From: Bacteroidia bacterium
Lineage (GTDB): Bacteria; Bacteroidota; Bacteroidia; NS11-12g; UBA9320
NCBI GenBank assembly: GCA_041689715.1
Contig: JBDNFQ010000213.1
Coordinates: 1 to 38,902, forward strand
DNA length: 38,902 bases
Direction of reading: 5' to 3'
Under the pieces are notes generated by a model, which was not told where the DNA came from, ran no database searches, and worked only from the letters and a program-made list of their open reading frames with translations. A program made the translations under genes and the position numbers. Shown here piece by piece: positions 1 to 8,581 of this stretch; within the stretch, counting starts at the first letter, position 1, and the number at the start of each line of letters is the position of its first letter.

Positions 1-41
1 AATAAAGGCCAAAGGGCATCTGCGAAGTTCATAAAACTTTA

Positions 42-1499
42 ATGTTTCTTAGACCTTCAACATATTCAAATATTGGACTGAGCACCTTGGTGCTCAGTTT
101 ATTTGTATTGGTGTCTTCTTGTAAAAAAGGAGAACAATTGCCGAATATGGCTCCAAATACACAGCTCTCGATAGAGAAGATTAATCTAACAGGAGAGAAT
201 AGACTCAATAGTACAGTAAACCTTTCTTGGTTTGGTACCGATGTAGATGGCTACATAGTGGGTTATGAGTTTAAAATAAATGAAGGTGAATGGCTGCCTA
301 CCAATCTGCAAGACAGCACATTCTTATTTAATATAGATCCAGACGAGGACTCTACGGATATAGATTTTTATGTGCGAGCTATAGATAATGAGGGCGTAGT
401 AGATGCTTCACCTGCTTATCTAAGAGTACCACTAAAAAATAGTCCACCTATAGTAACGTTTGATGAGGCTTCGTTACCTGCAGACACTACCAATCTTGTT
501 TTCACCTTTAGATATAAAGCCTCAGACCCTGATGGTAATTCAACTTTAAAAGAAATTTTTCTAAAAGTTAATACTGGCGATTGGAAGGCTATAGATTTAA
601 ATCAAAAACTGATAAGCCTAGTCCCAACTAACCCCATGTCTACTGGGGTAGGTACTGCAAATGTGTATTACGGCTTAGAGACCACACCAGCATTTACCAT
701 TACTGGTTATAATAATGGGGGTGACAATATCATTCAGCTTAAAGCATTAGATATTGCTAATTCTGAAAGTGCAATAGATAGTACGCCTAGTACTTATGTG
801 AGACCACAAACAAGTGACTTGCTCATAGTTAGTGGCCATAATCAGACGACGTCTAATGAATATACGGCCTTAGTCACTGCTAATTATGGTGGTGCAGATA
901 TAGTAGAATATCTAAAAGACGGCGGCAAATACCACCCGAAGTTTTGGGATCCTACATTTAAACTTCTTGCTTCTGAATACGACAAAATATTCATACATAC
1001 GGAAGAGGGCACTACAAGTAACCCGCTGACGGGCATAGATGCTAAGCTCCTAGATTTTGCAGCTCCTATCATACAATATTTAATAGACTCTGATAAAAAG
1101 ATATTAATATCTACCGCTTTTTCTAATAACGCTGATTTATCCACTATTGGTGGTATTCTTTCCATAGATAGTTTTAGTAGTAGTAGAGGACAAGCATTTT
1201 TTACCAATGATAGTTTGGCGGTAAGTACAGATGGAGATTATGCAAATTTGCAACCGACCAATTTCCTGTTGGCTGCAGATCCATTTTATCCAGCGTTAGA
1301 AGCAGAAGTGCTTTACAAAGCTCAGCTAACACCGAGTGGCGGATGGAAAGGTCCTAGAACCATTGCCATACGCAGACGAAATAGTGCATCTAATGTGAAC
1401 CTCGTACTCTTTACTGTGGAGCTACATAAATTAAATAAAATCAAGGCTAACCAAAACGCAGTAATCTCAAAAATACTCAATGAAGCATTTAATTGGTAG
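42..1499 (+). CDS. Lipoprotein of unknown function, likely surface partner of the downstream TonB-dependent receptor
   Basis: ATG at 42. Signal peptide with lipobox (LVLSLFVLVSS-C-KK). Two Ig/Fn3-like modules share a pattern (LSWFGTDVDGYIVGYEFKI...YVRAIDNEGVVD and FRYKASDPDGNSTLKEIFLKV...LKALDIANSES). A ~220-aa C-terminal region follows. The 3' end overlaps the receptor gene by 20 nt. Confidence 0.75.
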   Translation: MFLRPSTYSNIGLSTLVLSLFVLVSSCKKGEQLPNMAPNTQLSIEKINLTGENRLNSTVNLSWFGTDVDGYIVGYEFKINEGEWLPTNLQDSTFLFNIDPDEDSTDIDFYVRAIDNEGVVDASPAYLRVPLKNSPPIVTFDEASLPADTTNLVFTFRYKASDPDGNSTLKEIFLKVNTGDWKAIDLNQKLISLVPTNPMSTGVGTANVYYGLETTPAFTITGYNNGGDNIIQLKALDIANSESAIDSTPSTYVRPQTSDLLIVSGHNQTTSNEYTALVTANYGGADIVEYLKDGGKYHPKFWDPTFKLLASEYDKIFIHTEEGTTSNPLTGIDAKLLDFAAPIIQYLIDSDKKILISTAFSNNADLSTIGGILSIDSFSSSRGQAFFTNDSLAVSTDGDYANLQPTNFLLAADPFYPALEAEVLYKAQLTPSGGWKGPRTIAIRRRNSASNVNLVLFTVELHKLNKIKANQNAVISKILNEAFNW

Positions 1500-4293
1500 T
1501 ATACTAGCTCTAGTTATAAGCATATCTTGCTTTGCACAAACAGGTACTCTTAGAGGAACTCTGGTAGATGAAGAATCTGGAGAGAACTTGATAGGAGCAT
1601 ATGTGCGTATAGTGGGAACCTATGGAGCTGCTATTTCTGAGATAGATGGTAGTTTTAAGATAGAAAATATAAAGCCGGGCACGTATTCTGTGAACATCTC
1701 TTTTATGGGATATCAGCAGAAGGTATATAACGATATAGACATAGTGGGGGGTAAGGTTAAGGTGCTCGATGTAAAAATGACATCGCGTACTAACACTTTT
1801 GAAACAGTAAAAATCGTAGGTAAAAAGAAGATAGTAGATCTAGATGATGCTAAGAGTACTATTACTCTAAACAAAAAGGACATAGCGGATATGAACGTAC
1901 GAGATGTACAAGAAGTAGTTGCTATACAAGCCGGTGTTTCTAAGTCCCCAGACGGTATACAGATACGTGGAGCACGTGTATACGAAACATCTTTCAACGT
2001 GGACAATATTAGTGCTCAAGATCCTCTTGCAGGCACAGGATTTGGCGTGCAAGTAGCTAGTGGCAGTATAGGTGAGCTAGAACTGATAACGGGTGGTGCT
2101 GGAGCTGAGCATGACGGCGGAACAGCGGGTGTTATTAGCACTACTATCAAAGAAGGGTCAGATGAATTTGACATAGCAGGAAGTTGGCAAAGAGATAATT
2201 TTGGAGGCAATCCTAGTTCCGGTTGGAATACAGACATAGGAGAGCTATCATTCGGAGGTAAAATCAAGATTAAAAAGAGAAAATTTTATTACTTCAATAA
2301 CGTAACTCTAAATATTACAGATGATTATTTTGGGGCTACCGCTAATCAGCTGCACAGTTCTCTACTTTCTAATAATGATAGCATGTGGGCTCCACGTCAG
2401 ACTAATCAGTTTACACATACTTTTAAGGTATCGCACGAGCTCAATCAAAAGACTAAAATTACTATAACCAATCAGCATAGTTTAGGGATTAATCAAAATA
2501 CAAGAACATTACAAATCGTTGGTTTTGATGCCATTCTCGCTCCTGGGTTTCAGTTCAATAGAAGCTTAAATTTAAATAATGCTACTACGTACACACATCA
2601 CTCTAATCTTACAGCTATCAATGTAAAAAGAACTATCAATGATAAGCTAATAGGCAACCTGTCCTTGGGTAGGTTGTTTACCAATCTGAGAGCAGATGCC
2701 AATGGCAGACCCTTTCGCTCTGGAACTGTAGACCAAGTATATGATGAAGAAAGTATAGTAACGGATCCGATACAAATTTTTAACCCAAATGGGTTCGTAC
2801 AGTTTGTGCTACCTGGTCCAGGTCTCATAAATAATGGAGGTATTAGCTCTACGTGGCACGATCACTATGCACGTGAGTATACTATCAAAACTAGCTTTAA
2901 ATACTATCCAAAAGAGAAAACGCATCAGATGAATTTTGGGTGGGAACAGAAGTTAAATAGATACCAATGGATTGATGTTACTCGTCCATGGGTAGGGGCA
3001 CCTATACAGATAAACGACAGTGTGTCTACACCCAGCATAAGCATAGGATCGAGTAATGATATATGGAGCGTGAAACCCAATAATGGAGGGGTATTCTTCA
3101 GCGACAAGATCAATTATAAAGGCATCATAGCAAATCTTGGATTAAGATTTAACTATTGGGCTCCGGGTAAGTTTGTAGATGATGCGGTTAATAATCCGAA
3201 TGCCCCAGTTATAGATCAAATACGAAAAGACTATTTAGGCAATACAGTGAAATTTTTGGGAATGAGATATAAGGCTAGACTATTGCCAAAAATCAATGTT
3301 TCGTTTCCTGTGACTAGTAATAACGTACTGTACTTTAATTACAGTCATAGTATGCGTTTGCCACATCCCCGTTTTGTATATGCAGGTCTAGATCCTGAAT
3401 TTCAAGATAGAAGTTTCCTATCTTTCTTGGGAAATCCGGACCTGAATCCGGAGGTGAATGTAAGTTATGAAGTAGGATATAAGTCGCAAATAGGTAAGAA
3501 CCTCGGCTTAACACTAGCTGCGTATAACAATAATAGGTTTGATTATATAGTGAGCCGTAGGGTTATAGTACAAGATCAAACCGGTAGACCTGTGAGTAAG
3601 ACGATGTATATTAACCAAGATTATGCAAAGGTGCAAGGAGCAGAGGCTAATGTGATATGGCGTGCGACCAGCTACCTAAGGACATTTACTAATGTGGCGT
3701 ATCAACTAGCAAAAGGAAAAAGTAATAGTGCTAGAGAGAGTAGTTTGCAAATAGAGCAAAATGGTGAAGTGCCTTTAAGTACGGAACAATATCTTGCTTG
3801 GGATAGACCCTGGAATATCAATCTAGGGATAGTTTTAGCTCCAGATACTACGTTGAGAATTTATAAAAATTGGATGAAGGGCATGCAAATTTACTTTAGC
3901 TCTTCGTATCAAAGTGGTTTTAGATACACTCTGCAAATACGAGAGGGAGAGAATGATCTCGGAAGGCCACAATATCGCTCTGACCTTACTCAGTACCTTG
4001 AAGAGAGGGCCACGCCTTGGATTAATTCTGATGTAAAACTTACTAAAACTTTTGCATCCAAGAAGGGAAAAGGAATAACACTTAGCGTAGAAGCTCGAAA
4101 CCTATTTAACAATAAGAATGCTCAAATCATAAATGCTGTAACAGGCAGGGCTTGGGAACCTGGGGATGATTTGCCAAATGACCAAAGAGATGATAGATAC
4201 GTAGGTCCTGAGGAGAGCGGAACTCCACCCAATAATCCAGCTCGTTATCAAGCTCCAAGACAATTACTTTTTGGTGTAAGCTTTAGATTATAA
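1480..4293 (+). CDS. TonB-dependent outer-membrane receptor with N-terminal carboxypeptidase-regulatory-like domain
   Basis: Signal peptide (ISISCFAQ). CarboxypepD_reg-like beta-sandwich (GTLRGTLVDEESGENLIGAYVRIVG...GTYSVNISFMGYQ). Plug-like segment (IQIRGARVYETSFNVDNISAQDP). Long beta-barrel region ending ...RQLLFGVSFRL. Length 937 aa. Confidence 0.9.
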   Translation: MKHLIGSILALVISISCFAQTGTLRGTLVDEESGENLIGAYVRIVGTYGAAISEIDGSFKIENIKPGTYSVNISFMGYQQKVYNDIDIVGGKVKVLDVKMTSRTNTFETVKIVGKKKIVDLDDAKSTITLNKKDIADMNVRDVQEVVAIQAGVSKSPDGIQIRGARVYETSFNVDNISAQDPLAGTGFGVQVASGSIGELELITGGAGAEHDGGTAGVISTTIKEGSDEFDIAGSWQRDNFGGNPSSGWNTDIGELSFGGKIKIKKRKFYYFNNVTLNITDDYFGATANQLHSSLLSNNDSMWAPRQTNQFTHTFKVSHELNQKTKITITNQHSLGINQNTRTLQIVGFDAILAPGFQFNRSLNLNNATTYTHHSNLTAINVKRTINDKLIGNLSLGRLFTNLRADANGRPFRSGTVDQVYDEESIVTDPIQIFNPNGFVQFVLPGPGLINNGGISSTWHDHYAREYTIKTSFKYYPKEKTHQMNFGWEQKLNRYQWIDVTRPWVGAPIQINDSVSTPSISIGSSNDIWSVKPNNGGVFFSDKINYKGIIANLGLRFNYWAPGKFVDDAVNNPNAPVIDQIRKDYLGNTVKFLGMRYKARLLPKINVSFPVTSNNVLYFNYSHSMRLPHPRFVYAGLDPEFQDRSFLSFLGNPDLNPEVNVSYEVGYKSQIGKNLGLTLAAYNNNRFDYIVSRRVIVQDQTGRPVSKTMYINQDYAKVQGAEANVIWRATSYLRTFTNVAYQLAKGKSNSARESSLQIEQNGEVPLSTEQYLAWDRPWNINLGIVLAPDTTLRIYKNWMKGMQIYFSSSYQSGFRYTLQIREGENDLGRPQYRSDLTQYLEERATPWINSDVKLTKTFASKKGKGITLSVEARNLFNNKNAQIINAVTGRAWEPGDDLPNDQRDDRYVGPEESGTPPNNPARYQAPRQLLFGVSFRL

Positions 4294-4364
4294 TGCCTAT
4301 ACCACTTTTAGTCCTGCTCGTTGTTAGGTACATTAGAAAGAGAAGGAAACGCAGGGCTGATTAG
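4293..4364 (+). CDS. Candidate 23-aa hydrophobic/basic micropeptide (MPIPLLVLLVVRYIRKRRKRRAD), start overlaps the receptor stop (TAATG)
   Basis: Read by hand from the sequence. The ATG shares its A with the TAA stop of the TonB-dependent receptor. The peptide has a hydrophobic core followed by an Arg/Lys tail. It is below the ORF-track cutoff and I recognise no homolog. Confidence 0.2.
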   Translation: MPIPLLVLLVVRYIRKRRKRRAD

Positions 4365-4621
4365 GGTTAATACTTCGAATACTAAACAGCCTTTTGCATT
4401 ACATGTAGGGCGAGTATAAGGAGGACCTTCAGATAACGGTTAACTAACTGTATACGTATTTGAAGTTTCTCACTTAGAATTACGGGTGTAGTCTCGCCAC
4501 TATGAATTAGATAGGGTATTAGTTTCTCCTTCATATAGTTTACAGTAAAGTGTAAATAAAAGTAACATTTATTCTTACATTGATCACTTTTGAAAGTCGA
4601 ATATAATTTTACAGTTAAGAG

Positions 4622-4663
4622 TCTCTGGGGGTTCCTTTCAGGAGACGCCAGAGAGCTGAAAGG
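4622..4663 (+). promoter_or_regulatory. Candidate structured RNA element: two interleaved stems (7 bp and 8 bp) in the long ORF-free leader upstream of selO
   Basis: TCTCTGG (4622-4628) is complementary to CCAGAGA (4648-4654). CCTTTCAG (4634-4641) is complementary to CTGAAAGG (4656-4663). A third option pairs GTCTC (4621-4625) with GAGAC (4642-4646). The strand assignment is a guess based on the downstream gene. Confidence 0.3.
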
Positions 4664-4811
4664 CTAACTAGTTATGAGAATTCTAATACCCACCATAGTC
4701 CTAGAGTAAAATCTCTCCCTTATCATTGTACTAACATTAAATAGCACTTAGAAATGTCGGTTTATTAAGGTATACTATAGGTGATAGATTGACAAATTAG
4801 AGAAAGAATAG

Positions 4812-6380
4812 ATGAAAGATATACTCACTAGAGACATTAAAACACACTTTTCTAATGAATTACCAGCAGATCGTGAGGAAGAGAATTTCTCACGACAGGT
4901 GTACGAAGCTTGTTTTTCGTATGCTGAAACTAAAAAGCCTCGAAATCCAGAACTAGTTCATTTTTCTTCTCAGCTTTTACAAGAGCTAGGTTTAGGTATA
5001 GAAAACGAAGAAGACTTCACAAAAGTAATGAGTGGGGCAGAGAAGTTCAATGGATTTAAATCGTACGCCATGTGCTACGGTGGGCATCAGTTTGGTAATT
5101 GGGCTGGACAATTAGGTGATGGTAGAGCTATCAATATAGCAGAAATAGAGGCGAATGGTGCTAACTGGAAACTACAACTAAAAGGGGCAGGACCTACTCC
5201 CTACTCCAGAGGGTCTGATGGACTAGCGGTACTGAGATCATCCATAAGAGAATACCTATGCAGTGAGGCTATGTATAATCTAGGAGTGCCTACTACGCGA
5301 GCATTATCCTTAGTAAAAACGGGAGATTTAGTGACCCGTGACATATTGTACAATGGAAATCCCAAAGACGAAATAGGAGCGGTAGTGTGTCGTACAGCAC
5401 CTAGTTTTATCCGCTTTGGTAGCTTTCAGCTATTTGCTGCCAGAGGAGATACCAAGAACCTTAAGACGCTTTTTGATTATACTATAAAACATCACTATCC
5501 AGAGCTAGGGGAACCAAGCAAAGAAACCAATTTGCTTTTTCTAAAAGAGGTAGTCAATAGAACCATGAATATGGTCATCCATTGGCAGCGTGTGGGTTTC
5601 GTACATGGAGTGATGAATACAGATAACATGTCCATCCTTGGGCTTACTATAGACTATGGACCGTATGGCTGGTTAGAAGAGTATGATCCGCAGTGGACTC
5701 CCAATACTACAGATGCTCAGCATAGGAGATATCGATTTGGCAATCAGGCTAATATGGCTCTTTGGAACCTAACCCAGCTGGCCAATGCGATGTACCCACT
5801 GATAGAAGAAGTAGCTCTACTTCAGGAGATTTTAGAAGAGTCTCAACTAAGCTATACCATAAAGTACATAGAGATGATGGCTAGTAAGGTTGGTTTGGCA
5901 GATTGGTCGAGTATAGGCAAAGATTTTTTTATGGTACTAGAAGAGAGCTTGACGAAGTCTGAGATAGATTACACCATATTTTTCAGAGAACTATCCTGTA
6001 TGGGAAATAGTAGTACGGAAAAGTTTTGGGATATAGTGCAGAAAGCAAGCTACTTAGAAGCAGAAGAGATTGCACAGCACAAAGAAAACTGGATGATATG
6101 GCATAAGGAGTATGTAGACTATCTTATCGCCGAAGGCACTGACGAGCACGAACGAATAACGGCCATGAAACTAGTGAATCCTAAGTATGTACTTCGTAAC
6201 TATATGGCTCAACTAGCTATAGACGAGGCAGAAAAAGGAGACAATAAGGTAGTTGCAGAGTTATATGATTTATTGCTACATCCGTATGACGACCAGCCTA
6301 GTATGGAAAAATGGTATGCTAAACGTCCCGAATGGGCAAGGCATAAGGTTGGATGCTCTATGCTATCTTGCAGTTCGTAA
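4812..6380 (+). CDS. selO: Protein adenylyltransferase SelO (YdiU/UPF0061 pseudokinase-fold AMPylase)
   Basis: 522 aa. Family-typical N-terminus (F.NELPAD...FS.AE...P.LV.FS..L...LGL) and core (CYGGHQFGNWAGQLGDGRAI, LKGAGPTPYSR..DG.AVLRSSIREYL.SEAM, FIRFGSFQ, HGVMNTDNMSILGLTIDYGPYGW). Cys lies three residues from the C-terminus (...GCSMLSCSS). Confidence 0.9.
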   Translation: MKDILTRDIKTHFSNELPADREEENFSRQVYEACFSYAETKKPRNPELVHFSSQLLQELGLGIENEEDFTKVMSGAEKFNGFKSYAMCYGGHQFGNWAGQLGDGRAINIAEIEANGANWKLQLKGAGPTPYSRGSDGLAVLRSSIREYLCSEAMYNLGVPTTRALSLVKTGDLVTRDILYNGNPKDEIGAVVCRTAPSFIRFGSFQLFAARGDTKNLKTLFDYTIKHHYPELGEPSKETNLLFLKEVVNRTMNMVIHWQRVGFVHGVMNTDNMSILGLTIDYGPYGWLEEYDPQWTPNTTDAQHRRYRFGNQANMALWNLTQLANAMYPLIEEVALLQEILEESQLSYTIKYIEMMASKVGLADWSSIGKDFFMVLEESLTKSEIDYTIFFRELSCMGNSSTEKFWDIVQKASYLEAEEIAQHKENWMIWHKEYVDYLIAEGTDEHERITAMKLVNPKYVLRNYMAQLAIDEAEKGDNKVVAELYDLLLHPYDDQPSMEKWYAKRPEWARHKVGCSMLSCSS

Positions 6381-6436
6381 TGTTGGTATATATCGAACTT
6401 AGGAGTGTGTGATTTGTTACACTATAATAGAATAAG

Positions 6437-6925
6437 ATGAACACTAAAAAAGCATACATAGCAGGCGGTTGTTTCTGGGGAATGGAAGACCTCTTCAGAA
6501 CCCGAAAAGGAATACTAGATACAGAAGTAGGATACCAAGGAGGACAAAATGATAACGCAACGTATAGAAACCATCCAGGCCACGCAGAAGGGTTAGAGGT
6601 TACGTATGATGCTGACCAGACCTCTTTTAGAGAGATACTAGACTACTTTTTTAGAATACATAATCCTACGACCTTAGATCAACAAGGAAATGATAGGGGC
6701 TCAAGTTATCGATCAGCTATTTTCATTCAGAATGAAGAAGAGCAAAAGGTAGCGGAAGAGGTGATAGCCATCGTAAATGAATCGGGAAGATGGGATGGTG
6801 CAGCAGTCACTACGCTCGAGCCGTTTTCTACGTTTTGGGCGGCAGAGGCGGATCATCAAGACTATTTAGTTAAAACTCCAAATGGCTACACGTGTCATTT
6901 TGAGCGGTTTGATACGTTTCTGTAA
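6437..6925 (+). CDS. msrA: Peptide-methionine (S)-S-oxide reductase MsrA
   Basis: 162 aa. Catalytic GCFWG motif (AYIAGGCFWGMEDLF). Also GYQGG...TYRNHPGHAE...V.YD and DRGSSYRSAIF. Confidence 0.95.
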   Translation: MNTKKAYIAGGCFWGMEDLFRTRKGILDTEVGYQGGQNDNATYRNHPGHAEGLEVTYDADQTSFREILDYFFRIHNPTTLDQQGNDRGSSYRSAIFIQNEEEQKVAEEVIAIVNESGRWDGAAVTTLEPFSTFWAAEADHQDYLVKTPNGYTCHFERFDTFL

Positions 6926-6927
6926 GT

Positions 6928-7299
6928 ATGTTTAATATATTTAAAAGTAAAAAGAAGATAGAAATGGAAAGTTGGAATAAAATTACATCAGACGAAGCAG
7001 TAAAGGTTATCGTAGCAAAGTCACACGAAACTCCTCAGATTATATTTAAGGATAGTTTGACGTGTGGAATAAGTGCCTATGCTAAAAGTAGAATAGTGGA
7101 AGGGTACGAGCATATAGACGGTAAGGCTGACTTCAACCATCTTGATTTATTATCGTACAGGTCAGTGTCTAATTTTATAGCGGAGCATTTGGGCGTTTTT
7201 CATCAGTCTCCACAGATTATTATACTAAAAAATGGTGAGGTATCACATACGGTAACTCATCACTCTATAGATGCTAGTAAAATAGCTGCAGAGCTGTAA
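6928..7299 (+). CDS. ytxJ: YtxJ/BrxC-like monothiol bacilliredoxin (thioredoxin-fold, DUF2847)
   Basis: 123 aa. Single-Cys motif SLTCGIS resembles the TCPIS motif of YtxJ-family proteins. Size and thioredoxin-like pattern fit (PQIIILKNGEV). Starts 2 nt after the msrA stop. Confidence 0.7.
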   Translation: MFNIFKSKKKIEMESWNKITSDEAVKVIVAKSHETPQIIFKDSLTCGISAYAKSRIVEGYEHIDGKADFNHLDLLSYRSVSNFIAEHLGVFHQSPQIIILKNGEVSHTVTHHSIDASKIAAEL

Positions 7300-7310
7300 G
7301 AAATCTGACA

Positions 7311-8273
7311 ATGAGTAAAATAGGGCTAGGAACCGCTGCTATTGGAAGACCGATATACATCAATATTAAGGATGTGAAGCAATCTGAATCCTTTGATTTA
7401 AATAAGTTTAGAAGGGCTGGTGAAGAGCTGTTAGATTTTGCTTACGCAAAGGGAATTCGAATTTTAGATACTGCACCGGGATATGGTCTGGCAGAGGATT
7501 TAGTAACACAATGGCTGAAGAAGAGTAAGATTACAGATGTAGCAGTCTCTAGTAAATGGGGCTATACTTACGTGGCAGATTTCTCTGCTACAGCTATAGA
7601 GCATGAAGTAAAAGAGCACTCCTTAGCCAAACTCAACGAGCAGTGGGAAATAACAAAGGAGTTGCTGCCAAGTATTAACCTGTATCAGATCCATTCCGCT
7701 ACACTAGATACTAAAGTGTTGCAAAATGTAGAAGTACTGAATCGACTACACGAACTCAAGAAAACGCACAATATAAAGATAGGATTGACTACTACGGGTG
7801 CTAATCAACTAGAAGTAATGCGAATAGCTACAGATGTAGAAGTAGAGCATGAACGGTTATTCGATAGTTTTCAGGTGACGTATAATATCTTCGATCAAAG
7901 TATAGGGGAACTCTTAGGAACTAGTTCCGATAGCTATCCGGAGGATAGGAGAATTATAGTGAAAGAAGCACTTGCCAATGGGCGTGTATTTCCAAATTTA
8001 GCTAATTATCAGCATTATTCTACTCATTATGAACTACTTGAAAAGCTGGCTAAAAAATACGAGGTAGGAGTAGACGCAATTGCCTTACGGTTTTGTATGG
8101 ACAGTATCTCCGCGGAGATTGTGCTAAGCGGAGCAAGTAATAAGGAGCAATTGAGTGAGAACCTAAAAGCGTATGACTTCAAGCTCACTGCAGATGAAAT
8201 AGAAAGAATTAAGGAATTGAAAGTGGCACCTACAGTATACTGGCAAGAGCGAAAGGCTTTGGAGTGGAATTAG
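7311..8273 (+). CDS. Aldo/keto reductase family oxidoreductase
   Basis: 320 aa. IGLGTAAIGR N-terminus, LDTAPGYG...E, SSKWGY, YQIHS and other typical AKR signature segments. Starts 11 nt after ytxJ. Confidence 0.85.
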   Translation: MSKIGLGTAAIGRPIYINIKDVKQSESFDLNKFRRAGEELLDFAYAKGIRILDTAPGYGLAEDLVTQWLKKSKITDVAVSSKWGYTYVADFSATAIEHEVKEHSLAKLNEQWEITKELLPSINLYQIHSATLDTKVLQNVEVLNRLHELKKTHNIKIGLTTTGANQLEVMRIATDVEVEHERLFDSFQVTYNIFDQSIGELLGTSSDSYPEDRRIIVKEALANGRVFPNLANYQHYSTHYELLEKLAKKYEVGVDAIALRFCMDSISAEIVLSGASNKEQLSENLKAYDFKLTADEIERIKELKVAPTVYWQERKALEWN

Positions 8274-8325
8274 AGCGTAAAAAGTTTTGTGTATACTTAA
8301 AACTTAATTTAAAAGCGAGTAAAGT

Positions 8326-8386
8326 GTTAATCGTACTTCACGAAAAGCGATTTTAGGTTCGTTTTGTTAATCATACTTCACAAAAA
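8326..8386. repeat. Two 21-nt direct repeats with 40-nt spacing (GTTAATCGTACTTCACGAAAA and GTTAATCATACTTCACAAAAA), REP-like intergenic element
   Basis: Copies at 8326-8346 and 8366-8386 are identical at 19 of 21 positions. They lie between convergent genes. Confidence 0.7.
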
Positions 8387-8410
8387 CCAATAGAGCATCC
8401 AAAGTAAAAA

Positions 8411-8442
8411 GATCAGCGTTAATCCGGCAGATCAGTGTTATC
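8411..8442. repeat. Tandem short repeat GATCAGCGTTAATC / GATCAGTGTTATC, REP-like intergenic element
   Basis: Copies at 8411-8424 and 8430-8442, followed by a T-run. It resembles short dispersed intergenic repeats common in flavobacterial genomes. Confidence 0.6.
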
Positions 8443-8581
8443 TGTGTTCTAATTTTTTAGTGTTATGCGTTTTGAGATTCTGTATTACACTATTTCTTCT
8501 TCCCGGGACCCAAAAGCCGACCGTATCGAAGTCTATAGACGGTTTGTCCACAAATAAAAAATGGCGTATCACTCTTATAAT

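Noticed and set aside
4621-4663. A fully formed classical H-type pseudoknot.
   Set aside because: Only 1 nt separates the 3' strand of stem 1 from the 3' strand of stem 2, which is too short to cross a 7-bp helix. I therefore report the element as interleaved or alternative pairings, not as a confirmed pseudoknot or a known riboswitch class.
8326-8442. A CRISPR-like array, suggested by the direct repeats.
   Set aside because: Each repeat has only two copies, the repeats are 13-21 nt long, the spacing is irregular, and no cas genes are present. They are more consistent with REP-like intergenic elements.
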